From Bugula neritina (taxonomy: Eukaryota; Animalia; Bryozoa), in contig CAXIUT010000257.1 in the NCBI GenBank assembly GCA_964035545.1, positions 1 to 60,193 of the forward strand: a stretch of 60,193 bases of DNA. Reading direction: 5' to 3'. A program made the translations under genes and the position numbers. How positions within the stretch are numbered: the stretch's first letter is position 1; each line of letters starts with the position of its first letter. Below are positions 18,659 through 28,300 of the stretch, piece after piece. The notes under the pieces were generated by a model. The model had not been told where the DNA came from. It saw only the letters and a list, made by a program, of their open reading frames with translations, and did not search any database.

Positions 18659-18994
18659 ATGAACCTCAAATTTCTGGAAACGGCCCAGCCTGGTTTGCGC
18701 TGGTTTCATCGGTATTACCGAGAAAACCCACAGCTTCGCAAACCAGCGGCCTTGGCTGCGTTTCGCAAGGCGCGTGAGCTTATCAAAGGCAACCCATACA
18801 TTGGTCATTCCTACGAGGGCATCGACACAGTTCGGGAATACACGATCCAAAGTACGAACTTTTCCATCCTCTATACCTTCGCGGACGAGACGATCTGGGT
18901 GATCGACATCCGCGATGCGCGCGGTCTTCGCAGTGCCGAGGCGCTAAGCCAGTTCGCAGCAGAGCTGCGCGGCCAAATGAGCAGTGAGGGGTGA
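18659..18994 (+). CDS. RelE/ParE family toxin
   Basis: IKGNPYIG...VREYTIQSTNFSILY...IWVIDIRDAR. Confidence 0.85.
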   Translation: MNLKFLETAQPGLRWFHRYYRENPQLRKPAALAAFRKARELIKGNPYIGHSYEGIDTVREYTIQSTNFSILYTFADETIWVIDIRDARGLRSAEALSQFAAELRGQMSSEG

Positions 18995-19285
18995 TCCTGC
19001 AGAGCAGGATTGTGCCAAGGTGCCAAGTGAGTTGGTGAACCTGTGAGCCGTGCCCGCCGCAAAGCGGCGCGGAAGCAAGATTGCATGTTTGTGCAAACAT
19101 GACCCGCAAAGCGGCGGTGATGGGGGAGACCCATGCCCCAATTGACGGCTAGGTGGATAAGACACTACCCATCGGTTGCTAGGTCAAAGACTGTGGAAAA
19201 ATCGCCAAACCTTGATTGAAATTCCGGATCAGGCCAAGATCTGATCAAATCACGCCATTTTATAACTTCGCTGGAGAAACTTATC

Positions 19286-20128
19286 ATGAGAATTTTATAT
19301 TTTGTATTGATTATGTTGATGATTGTTAGTGTTGCACCTGCGCAAGCAGAAGAATGGGTGGAGATAGACACGTTTGAGGAAAGTACTGTGCTGTCCAAGG
19401 ATGCACCAAGCGTCACATTTAACGATAGGACCTATAAGTTCGAGATTGGTGCAACCAGGTCCTATGAAAAAGGCACGTCTTTGTCTTTTCTGGTATGGTC
19501 AAGTGAGTTTAGGCCTTTCGTTTTGGTCCGCGAAGCGTGGTCAAAAAAGGGTAAGGCTGGAAACGGTGACATTATCGTAAGCGGAACCAACTCTATTCGC
19601 GACAACAACGGTGTTGAAATCTATATTTCCGAAATATCATTTGAACCGTCCGAAACTAATAACTATCGGCTGATAGTTACCAGTGTTGAAGACATCGCTA
19701 GCGATATCGCGCACACGGGCAAAATTGATATTTCCTGGACCATGTATGAGTGGAAAGAACCCGAAGTAGTAAAGCCCGATCGTCCTGCCGATGCCTATGT
19801 AAATGGCTGCACTATTGGAGGCGCTGATGGTTTGCTCAGTGAATGGGACGCAGCAGAATATGGAGCCGTTTGGGTCGCGGATATCGACAACAAACGCTCA
19901 TATGACACAAGAATTTTCACCCTGCGCACCAAACTTTCATTTGGCAAAGCCCAAGAACTTGCAGATCGTATCAAGCCAGTACAACCTGACATGACTTTTG
20001 TTGACATGATGTCTCGCGATGAAGCTTGCGACTTCATCCTCAAGACCTGCGGGAGCGCGGATGGTTTTGCAAAAAATTGTGTACCGTTAGGATACGCGGC
20101 CATTCCAGAGCAGCGGTTCAGTCGGTAG
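19286..20128 (+). CDS. Secreted hypothetical protein
   Basis: GGAG RBS; signal peptide ending AQA; beta-rich N-domain and Cys-containing C-domain. Confidence 0.75.
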   Translation: MRILYFVLIMLMIVSVAPAQAEEWVEIDTFEESTVLSKDAPSVTFNDRTYKFEIGATRSYEKGTSLSFLVWSSEFRPFVLVREAWSKKGKAGNGDIIVSGTNSIRDNNGVEIYISEISFEPSETNNYRLIVTSVEDIASDIAHTGKIDISWTMYEWKEPEVVKPDRPADAYVNGCTIGGADGLLSEWDAAEYGAVWVADIDNKRSYDTRIFTLRTKLSFGKAQELADRIKPVQPDMTFVDMMSRDEACDFILKTCGSADGFAKNCVPLGYAAIPEQRFSR

Positions 20129-20282
20129 TTACCTGTTTGTATGGCATAAAAACCCAGAGGCAGTTTGCGATATAAATGTGCAGCAAAGCTAAATATAAGG
20201 GCAAATTGTCCTACTTAACGAAAGGCTGTCAGTGAACCAAGTTAACACACTGATCGATGCTAAAGTGGCATCAACAATTTAA

Positions 20283-20744
20283 TTATGGGCAAGGGCTTGG
20301 CCCGATCCAGTTGCCAGTCTGTTGTGCAAATAAGCAAAGCCTTTTCGCGCGTTGAGACGGCGTTCCGTAAGTATGCCAGTCCGAACTGCTGCCACCGTTC
20401 ATAAACAGTTGCCATGCAACAAGAACAGCTTGCGGGCTCGCTCTTGACGCTGCACATTGATCGGCGTCTCGTTCCCTGAAAGTCGGGTGAATTCCTGGCT
20501 GAAATTGGTGACCCAATCCCACGTGACAGTGTTCGTGTACTTGAAAAAAAGCACACGCTAAACCAATTTGAGAGCAAATAATTGGATTGTAAACAATAAC
20601 AGCGCCCGTCGGCGAGTTTGGATTTGAGAAGACGGCTGCAATGTCGCCAAATTGCGGATTTGGAATTTCTGGCGTGTTCGTTTGTGCTGACGCTGGGCTG
20701 TAGCATCCAATCGTGAGCACGATGATCTGAAGTAATTTTTTCAT
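20283..20744 (-). CDS. Small secreted putative zinc metallopeptidase (HExxH, M48-like)
   Basis: Signal peptide; HEHCH, ERDADQCAA, TYGTPSQR. Confidence 0.7.
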   Translation of the reverse strand: MKKLLQIIVLTIGCYSPASAQTNTPEIPNPQFGDIAAVFSNPNSPTGAVIVYNPIICSQIGLACAFFQVHEHCHVGLGHQFQPGIHPTFRERDADQCAASRASPQAVLVAWQLFMNGGSSSDWHTYGTPSQRAKRLCLFAQQTGNWIGPSPCP

Positions 20745-21003
20745 TTATCTGGACCTCATAATGAGAGCATCATAGCATTCTATGCTTGCTAAAGAAGAAA
20801 TTTCTTAGTGGCATAACTTAGAGTTGATTCCATGGACGGTTCAACTTGGCCTTCGCAACTTTTGAGTAATGACCCTATCTTTTGCCAAAGAAATACCCTG
20901 CGGCTCTCAATATTTGCTTACCAAACACTGCACCCTGCCAAAACCTCCTGTAATTTTTGACAGGTTTTTTGCCTCGCTCTAGACTGCGGCCAAACCCAAA
21001 AAA

Positions 21004-21366
21004 ATGCCGCGAACCGAATACCAAAAGCAGTACTGGCAACAGTACCGCGCCCGTAGATGCCGTGTTACGATCATGCTCTCCCCAGGCGAGTACAGATTGT
21101 TAAAGGCGCGGGCGGGCAAATCCCGCAAACCTGGAGAACAGATTTGGCTGGAAGCGCAGGCCTACCGCGAAGAGCGCTATCTGCCGCCCGAGGTGGTGGT
21201 GCAACGGTTAGAGACTGTTTTCGCCATGATGTTGCGTCTCCACGATCTTCTCACGGGTCTGCAGACTGGTCCACTGGCGCAGACGCGCGTTTTGCCAGAA
21301 ACTCTACAGCGTTTACACCAAATGCGAGCGAGCCTTGATAAATTTCTCAGCCCATCACGGCGATGA
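21004..21366 (+). CDS. mobC: MobC-like relaxosome accessory protein
   Basis: RVTIMLSPGEY RHH-like motif; overlaps the relaxase start. Confidence 0.6.
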   Translation: MPRTEYQKQYWQQYRARRCRVTIMLSPGEYRLLKARAGKSRKPGEQIWLEAQAYREERYLPPEVVVQRLETVFAMMLRLHDLLTGLQTGPLAQTRVLPETLQRLHQMRASLDKFLSPSRR

Positions 21367-22304
21367 TCCTGAAATCTCTAGGTCATAAAACCCGCTCATT
21401 CGGAAAGCTCTTGGCCTATGTGGCGCGCGGCGCTGCGCAGGACGGCGCGGCAAAGAACAGAACTGACCAAAACAACGCACAAGAATGCGCAGGCAAGCCT
21501 GCTGTTTTCAGCCGTAACCTGATGGTTGATCCAAACGATCTGGCCGCAGTGGAGCAGGCATTTGAGCAAAACGCACGGTTTTTGCGTCCGCGCCAAGGTG
21601 GCAATTGGTGCTATCATGAGATTATCGCACTGCCGGAGCCGGTGAAGGAAAAAGACAAGGCGGCGGTGGAGGCAATGCTGTTTGAGCTGGCAGTTCAGTA
21701 CGTCAAAGGACGTGCACCGCGCCAGCTGGTTTGGGGGCAGGTTCATTGGGAAACCAAGCATCCGCATTTGCATCTGGTGATCTCTGCCAATGAGGTCAGA
21801 TCCCCGCGCCGGGTCCGACTGCCCAAAGCGCGCTTTACCCAGCTCATTGAAGAGCTGGAGGTATTCAAATGCGCGCGCTGGCCTGAAGTACTGCCGGAAA
21901 AGCTTTGGCAGCACCGCAAGCACTACAATCAAAAGCGCCGCAGCCATGCAGAGGATCATCTGACACGTCGCACGGGCCGCGCGTCCAAGCGCGCTGAGTT
22001 GGCCGAGACACTGTCGGAGATCTTTACCCGCGCTCGCTGGATTGATGATGTGAGGCATGCGCTGAGCGAAAAAGGCCTGGCGCTTTACCGACGAGGCCGC
22101 ACCTGGGGCGTACTGCAGCAAGCCAGTGGCAAGCGCCACCGCTTGAGCCGTCTAGGGCTGTTCAGCGCCTTTGAGGCGATGGCACAGCGCATGCAGATCT
22201 TAGAACATCGTTTGGATCAGTTGACAGAGAGGCGCACCACCGGCACCGAGCATGCAACGGGGCGCGAAAGAGTTACCAAACCATATAACCCATTAAGACT
22301 ATGA
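21363..22304 (+). CDS. Relaxase (MOB_P/VirD2-like HUH)
   Basis: MILKS...LLAYV, YHEIIAL, VHWETKHPHLHLVISAN. Confidence 0.88.
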   Translation: MILKSLGHKTRSFGKLLAYVARGAAQDGAAKNRTDQNNAQECAGKPAVFSRNLMVDPNDLAAVEQAFEQNARFLRPRQGGNWCYHEIIALPEPVKEKDKAAVEAMLFELAVQYVKGRAPRQLVWGQVHWETKHPHLHLVISANEVRSPRRVRLPKARFTQLIEELEVFKCARWPEVLPEKLWQHRKHYNQKRRSHAEDHLTRRTGRASKRAELAETLSEIFTRARWIDDVRHALSEKGLALYRRGRTWGVLQQASGKRHRLSRLGLFSAFEAMAQRMQILEHRLDQLTERRTTGTEHATGRERVTKPYNPLRL

Positions 22305-23851
22305 ACCGCCGCATAATCCGATATTGGCGCGCCTGCTTGGCGATTGCTGCTGTGTTATGGGGCATCACGCGCTTTAGAGAGAGACGAAGCCAAGGAAAGG
22401 GCAGCGCCAGCTTCATGTCTGCTTGGCAACGCTGGCGTCTGCTCAGTGAGCGCAACGCCGGATTTCTGATCGACGGGGTGTACCGCGCGCTGTCGCGGAA
22501 AAAGTCGTTTCAGAGCGTGCTGGTCGTGGGCGGCGTTGGAAAGGGCAAAACCACGGGGTTGTGTATCCCAAACCTGTTTCATCTGAAGAACGCATCCTTG
22601 GTGGTGATCGATACCTCAGGCGAGTTGTTCGAGCTGACATCCGGCACACTGGCAGCCGAGGGCCGCGATATCCAAGTGCTGGATCTGATGCGCCCGGGGC
22701 AGGGGATTGGCTACAACCCGTTTGAGCGCTGCACCACCTTGCTTGAACGGCACCGTGCCTGCGCTGCCCTGGTGCAAGCCGCATCGCTCAATGAGGGCGA
22801 TCCGTTCTGGGATGACGGAGCCACTAAGGTTCTGCGCGTGCTCTCTGGCGCGCTCTATGCCCAAGACCCGGCGCAATGCCATCCGGGAAACCTACGTACC
22901 TTACTGGCGCATTTCGATGTGTTCAGTGCCAAACCTGGCTTTAGCGTGATGGACCGCTATATGGCCGAGGCCACCCGCAATGATCCAGCTACGTGGGAAG
23001 ATTACCGCACGCTGGTGAATGGAAACCCCAATACAGTGCTGTCATTTATTTCAACGGCGGACACAGCGCTGACGGCGCTCGCCAGTCCTGAAATCGCTCG
23101 ACTGACGGCAAAGACCACGTTTGATTTTCAATCGCTGCGCAAACGTCCAACCGTGCTCTACGTGAAGGTCAACGAACAGGACGTCAGCTTTTATCGGTTC
23201 ATCTTAAATCTTTTCTTCACCGATCTGTTTGGCGCGCTGCGCGAGCATCTGCCCCAAGAGCGAGAGCTCGATGTGTTCTGCCTGCTCGATGAGTTCGGTC
23301 AGCTCAAATTGCCTGATTTCGATAACGTCATCGCCACTGCCAGAAAATACCGGCTGGGCGCGATGATCTTTTTGCAAAGCCTGGCGCAGTTAGAGGATCG
23401 CTATGGCCGCGCCAAGGCGCGTACCATCCGCGACGCGCTGCAAACCGAGCTCTATTTTGGCGGAGTGGATTTGGAATTGGCCAAAGAGTTGGAACGCCGC
23501 CTGGGTCGACAGCGCATTGCACTGGAACAACAAGGCCAGCGCATCCACCGCGAAGAGAACTTGATGAACGAGGATGCTATCATCAAAATCCCCGACAACA
23601 CGCTGATAGTGTTTCACTCAAACATGTCTGGATTTCTGCAGCGGTTCACGCCGTTCTATCAGCGCAAGGCGCTGCGGCAGGGGACCAGCATGCCGCCGAT
23701 CAAGACCGCAGAGCAGCCGCGCGTTGTGCCGACAATTGGGCCTGAGTTGGAGCGACTGCGTGAGATGAGCGAAGGGCGCGTGCGCGGTGAGAAGAGCAAA
23801 GAGAACGCCGGGAGGATTGCCAGGTTAGAGGACATCGCGGTGACGTTGTGA
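22301..23851 (+). CDS. Type IV coupling protein (TraG/VirD4 family)
   Basis: N-terminal TM; GGVGKGKT, IDTSGEL, YNPF, DPFW, LLDEFGQL, LQSLAQL. Confidence 0.9.
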   Translation: MNRRIIRYWRACLAIAAVLWGITRFRERRSQGKGSASFMSAWQRWRLLSERNAGFLIDGVYRALSRKKSFQSVLVVGGVGKGKTTGLCIPNLFHLKNASLVVIDTSGELFELTSGTLAAEGRDIQVLDLMRPGQGIGYNPFERCTTLLERHRACAALVQAASLNEGDPFWDDGATKVLRVLSGALYAQDPAQCHPGNLRTLLAHFDVFSAKPGFSVMDRYMAEATRNDPATWEDYRTLVNGNPNTVLSFISTADTALTALASPEIARLTAKTTFDFQSLRKRPTVLYVKVNEQDVSFYRFILNLFFTDLFGALREHLPQERELDVFCLLDEFGQLKLPDFDNVIATARKYRLGAMIFLQSLAQLEDRYGRAKARTIRDALQTELYFGGVDLELAKELERRLGRQRIALEQQGQRIHREENLMNEDAIIKIPDNTLIVFHSNMSGFLQRFTPFYQRKALRQGTSMPPIKTAEQPRVVPTIGPELERLREMSEGRVRGEKSKENAGRIARLEDIAVTL

Positions 23852-23962
23852 GGGAGGCACGGCTCAAATCGGACGTCCTACTACGCCACTCACACCTGTG
23901 TTGGTCAGAGCAGGTGGTCGAAGTTTCAAGCCGACCACCTAACTCACGCTGTACTAACAGCG

Positions 23963-25084
23963 TCAGCGCTTGATAACGCCGTGCTCTTCATAGGCTTCAG
24001 TCAATACTTCCACGAACTTGGTAGTATCCGAAGTCAAATTGCCCAAATCTGGCCAAGCAAACGGTTCTGAGAACAAAGAAACTTCTAGCTCGACCTCGAA
24101 CCCCAGTTTCGCCGCAACCGCCAATGCTGACGTTGTCTCCTTATCTTCTGGCCAAAGCAGTTCGTCGAAGGTGATCCAGACCACTTCTTTATCAATAAGG
24201 CTTATCTTCGCGCGCATGGCACCAAGCCGTTCGTTGACGCTGGTCGCGTCTTCGAGCAACGCACACCGGATCAGTGTCGAGACGGTTTCTTCATCCACGT
24301 GCAACATAAGTCGTGGCTCCACAAGTCGTACCTCTGCTTTCATTCGTAGCTCTGGGTTTGGGGTTTGCGCTTGTTCCCCCGGAAATTGTTCATCAAATGG
24401 TTCGGCGTGGAGATTGAGTGGATGAGTGCCACAATTGGGGCAATGCCAAAAGTTTTCCGCAACTTGTTCACCCGTAATTTGTGCATCACAGCTGTGACAA
24501 TACCAAGTGACGGCTTCAGCGCCACTCAGTGGATCTCTAGCTATCCCGTCGTGATCCGCTTTTGTTGACCGTCGCGGCCAATCGACCGCCATTTGCGCTC
24601 GAATTCGCGTACTGCGTTCTTGAGCGATCTTAAGAAGTTCTGCTTGAAAATCGGAATTTTTGGCCGGGCTTGTTTCTGAATAGCGCTCATCTATCTCAAA
24701 GACGGGCGTTTTGTACGGGGCTTCTGGAATTCGTAGATCCCATCCCGTTCCTGAGATAAAAACGTCCCCGAGTGAGTCTCTAATCTGGTATTGATGTCCG
24801 CAAAGCTCACCTTCTTCCGATGCTGGTTCACTGAAGAAGATTGCACCACGTTGCGGAGCACCTTCTTGAGTTTTGCCCCCAGCTTCGCGAACGAATGCTT
24901 CGGCCCGAGCGATATCCTCGTCGTTGATCTGCCAACCACTCTTCGCCGCATCGGTGAGGGCTTTCCAATGTTTAAACCCAAACTCCGTTGCTAGGGCGTT
25001 TAATGCTACAATGTGGGCCTTAGTGGTCGCTCGCGCGTATCTCTTGCCCAACGTTCTTAACTTTTTAATATGATAGTCTGACAT
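23963..25084 (-). CDS. Hypothetical protein with a helical N-terminal domain and a Zn ribbon (DUF5623-like)
   Basis: ALNALATEFGFKHWKAL; WYCHSC...WHCPNC; GGAG RBS. Confidence 0.75.
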   Translation of the reverse strand: MSDYHIKKLRTLGKRYARATTKAHIVALNALATEFGFKHWKALTDAAKSGWQINDEDIARAEAFVREAGGKTQEGAPQRGAIFFSEPASEEGELCGHQYQIRDSLGDVFISGTGWDLRIPEAPYKTPVFEIDERYSETSPAKNSDFQAELLKIAQERSTRIRAQMAVDWPRRSTKADHDGIARDPLSGAEAVTWYCHSCDAQITGEQVAENFWHCPNCGTHPLNLHAEPFDEQFPGEQAQTPNPELRMKAEVRLVEPRLMLHVDEETVSTLIRCALLEDATSVNERLGAMRAKISLIDKEVVWITFDELLWPEDKETTSALAVAAKLGFEVELEVSLFSEPFAWPDLGNLTSDTTKFVEVLTEAYEEHGVIKR

Positions 25085-25111
25085 GTGTCATCTCCAATGG
25101 GATCTGACTAG

Positions 25112-25215
25112 GTGTCCGCTGCTAATCACACCGTGCAATAAGCACGGGTTGCAAAATATGATTGAATACGCTGCTTGGCTTTGCATGGCGGACACACTGG
25201 CCTGCGTTTGGGCCA
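25112..25215 (-). ncRNA. Candidate structured 5' leader RNA
   Basis: Nested stems 25112-19/25188-95, 25131-36/25142-47, 25150-55/25180-85 and 25198-202/25211-15, downstream of TTGACG-17-TATCTG. Confidence 0.4.
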
Positions 25216-25395
25216 ACTAACAGATATGGCCTCTATTGAGTTTCGTCAAGACGGGCCAAACCGGACATCCGACACGAACCTTTCATAATGTAACCGAGCC
25301 TGCATTGCCGACGGTTGCGTCGCCATAAAAAATCAATCTGGGTCAGCCTAGAAATAGCTTAAAGGCTTCTCTTGTGAGAATCCCTGGAGTTAAAA

Positions 25396-28300
25396 TTATT
25401 TTTCCGCCTCGTACCAATAAGCAATTTTCTTCAGATATTCGCGTGCTGAATTGCTGACGCGCGAGACCCCTAAGTGACGCGCAAGGTCTCCAATCTGATC
25501 ATCCGAAGTTGATAAATCATTTCCGATCTGATCAAGTACAAAAGCGATTTCTGTCCGCGAAACATCTTGAATTGATCGCTCAGCAAGACCGCGAAATGGA
25601 CTCCTTGTTTGGATGGTGCCCGCAGCCCAAACGAAAGGAACCCCAAACTCTTCATGCAACTCTGCATCATCCATCGCACGCTCGACGCGCTCCATGATGC
25701 GACGGCCTGTGCGCTGCCATCCGTGACGGTTTGCAACCTCTCTTCCAAGATTGCGGAGGGGAATTGGCGCTTCTTCTTGGATGATTTCCTGAACCAGCTG
25801 CCTGAGTTCACCTATGTATGATAGATCATAAAACCGGTCTGGGTCCGGCGTTGTAGCCGGTGCGACGTTTGCCGTAGGCTTGGAGCTGTGTGCTCCATCC
25901 ACGAACAGGCTGGTTTGTTCGTCATTTTCTACTGGATCATGCTCAAGTTGGAGAACTGTCTGTTCAACTTTTTCGACCGTTGGAGGCGGTAAAGCACGCG
26001 GCTCGCTTGGTATGTCCAACGGCTCTTCAACAGTTTCTGCTTCCTTTGCCGCTTTTTCGGCTCGATTCTGTTCAAGAAGCGCTTCAAGTGCTTCATTGAG
26101 ACGTTCGACAACTGCGGGAGGATTTCGGAACCAATCGGTCGACCAGATCCGTAGTATGTTCCACCCCAAGTTCTCAAGGACGGCCTGACGAACTTTGTCT
26201 CGATCGCGTGCGGTGGCAGAACTGTGGTAGGTCGCGCCATCACATTCAATCCCTGCCAAGTAAGCGCCTGCGCGGTCTGGGTTTACAATTCCCAAGTCAA
26301 TCCGGAAGCCGGAGACACCGATTTGAGTTCTGACCTCCCAACCTTTTGCGCGGAATGCAGTAGCGATCGCTTCTTCAAATGGGTTCTCTGCTGGACCGAG
26401 TGATCCCTCGTCTCGGGCCGGAAGTGCGACTGGCCCACTTTCAGCGTAATGGAGGAAGGTTTTCAGGTCACGGACACCAGTCGCGCGGGTTCGTGACAGA
26501 TCTATTTGATCATGTGTCAAAGATGCGAAAACGTGCAGTTCGCTTCGCGCACGAGTGATTGCAACGTTTAAGCGTTTTTCGCCTCCATCCGAGTTGAGTG
26601 CGCCAAAGTTCATTGTGAGCTTACCCGCCATATCCGGGGCAAAAGTGATGGAAAAGAGCATGACATCGCGTTCATCACCTTGGATGTTTTCGAGGTTTTT
26701 TACGATGACGGGTTCTTCACGTTCATCTGCGAAGAACCATTCAAGTTCCGTATTTTGTCTCCGCACTTGATCAAGAAGATCAAGGATCAGCCCTTGCTGT
26801 TGGGCGTTAAATGTAATGACGCCAATCGTTAGTCGATCTTCTTCTGGCAGTTTGATCCAAGCGGTCAATCGCTTGCGGATCAGCGCTACGATTGCCTTTG
26901 CTTCATCGACATTGGTGCGACCGGTCCCGCGCGCATAAGTGCCGTCTATTTTGTGAAACTGGACTGCTTCACTGTCAGTGGTTGGTGCAGGAAAAGTGAC
27001 CAGTCCGCCGTCATAGTAGAAGTGGTTTGAAAACGCGATAAGTGCTTCGTCTCGGCTGCGATAGTGCCAGTCCAGACGGCGTGTGGGGATGCCTGCCGTG
27101 GCAACTTCGTCAAGGATAGAAGGCATGTCACCCAAGATCCCAGTTGCGTCGTCGTCACCTTCGCCATCATCAGAGCGTCCAAAAAAGTTGGTAGGCGGGA
27201 GTTGTTTAGGATCCCCAACAATGATCGATTGCTTGCCGCGTGCGATAGCGCCTACTGCGTCCCAAGTGGTGATCTGTGACGCTTCATCAAATATCACAAC
27301 ATCAAAGGTTGCCTGACCTGCTGGCAAATATTGGGCGATAGAAAGTGGTGACATCAAGACGCAGGGCGCAAGCTTTGGAAGGGTATCACCAAGGTTTTCA
27401 AGTAAGTTACGAATTGCCATTGAGGGCCGCTGTAGTCCAAGCTGATGGCGCAAGACACCTAGTTGAGAATTGCGCGGAACGCCGTCTCGCGCTGGCAGTC
27501 GATGATGTATTCGGCGCATGACCTCAATCGGCGCAAGTCTTGCCACTTCGTCGTCTAAATCTTGGAACGCCGTGATAACGTCCTCATGTTCCCAATGTGC
27601 AAAGCGGCGTAAAGGCTCTGATGCATCCATCGCAAGAGGTAGCCACCACCGAGCATATGCGCTTCGGCACTCTCGTATAGTATCTTCCTTTAGTTCACCG
27701 GCCTCCATAGCCTCCGATAGTGCTGACAGCCCTGCAATGTCAGCGCGGGCTTTGACGTCTTTCCAGCGGGTCCAGTCCGCCAGTCTTGCACGCTCTGAAA
27801 GAGTTTGATCCACGGACTCTTGCAAGTTGCGCAAGGGCATCTCTAAAGGAATTTGACCTCCGCACTTCTCAAAGTCCGTGATAGCTGTCTGCAATTCGGC
27901 ATTTGAGGTTCGCCAATCCTCAAGGGCGCGCTGAAGTTCCCTATCGGGCCCTTCAACCAGCGCAGCGAGTGCCGCTCCAAAAGTAACCGTGTCAGAAACA
28001 TCCAATTTTATCTCGGTCGCAGCTTGTCTAAATGAGGTCGCCTGGGAAATAACTGTTTCGAGCTGATCAATTGAACGGTCTTCCCCAGCTAGCTGGGTGA
28101 CAGGTATTTGGCTTAGTAAGTCAATCTGTTTGCGTGCAGCTTCTATTGCACGCAATTCGATTTCTGGGTTTGCTTGACCTGAGGATGCGTAAGTTTGAAG
28201 GAGTTTGCGAACCTTCCCCTTTTTCACCGAGGAAAATGGCCAAGTGGAGACCTTGGCAGCACGCCAGTCAGCGTCCAATTGCCCAAAGGGCAATCCTATT

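Noticed and set aside
21396-22139. Long antisense ORFs (also 17327..17614, 45939..46247, 52015..52506 and many others)
   Set aside because: Shadows of well-supported genes on the opposite strand
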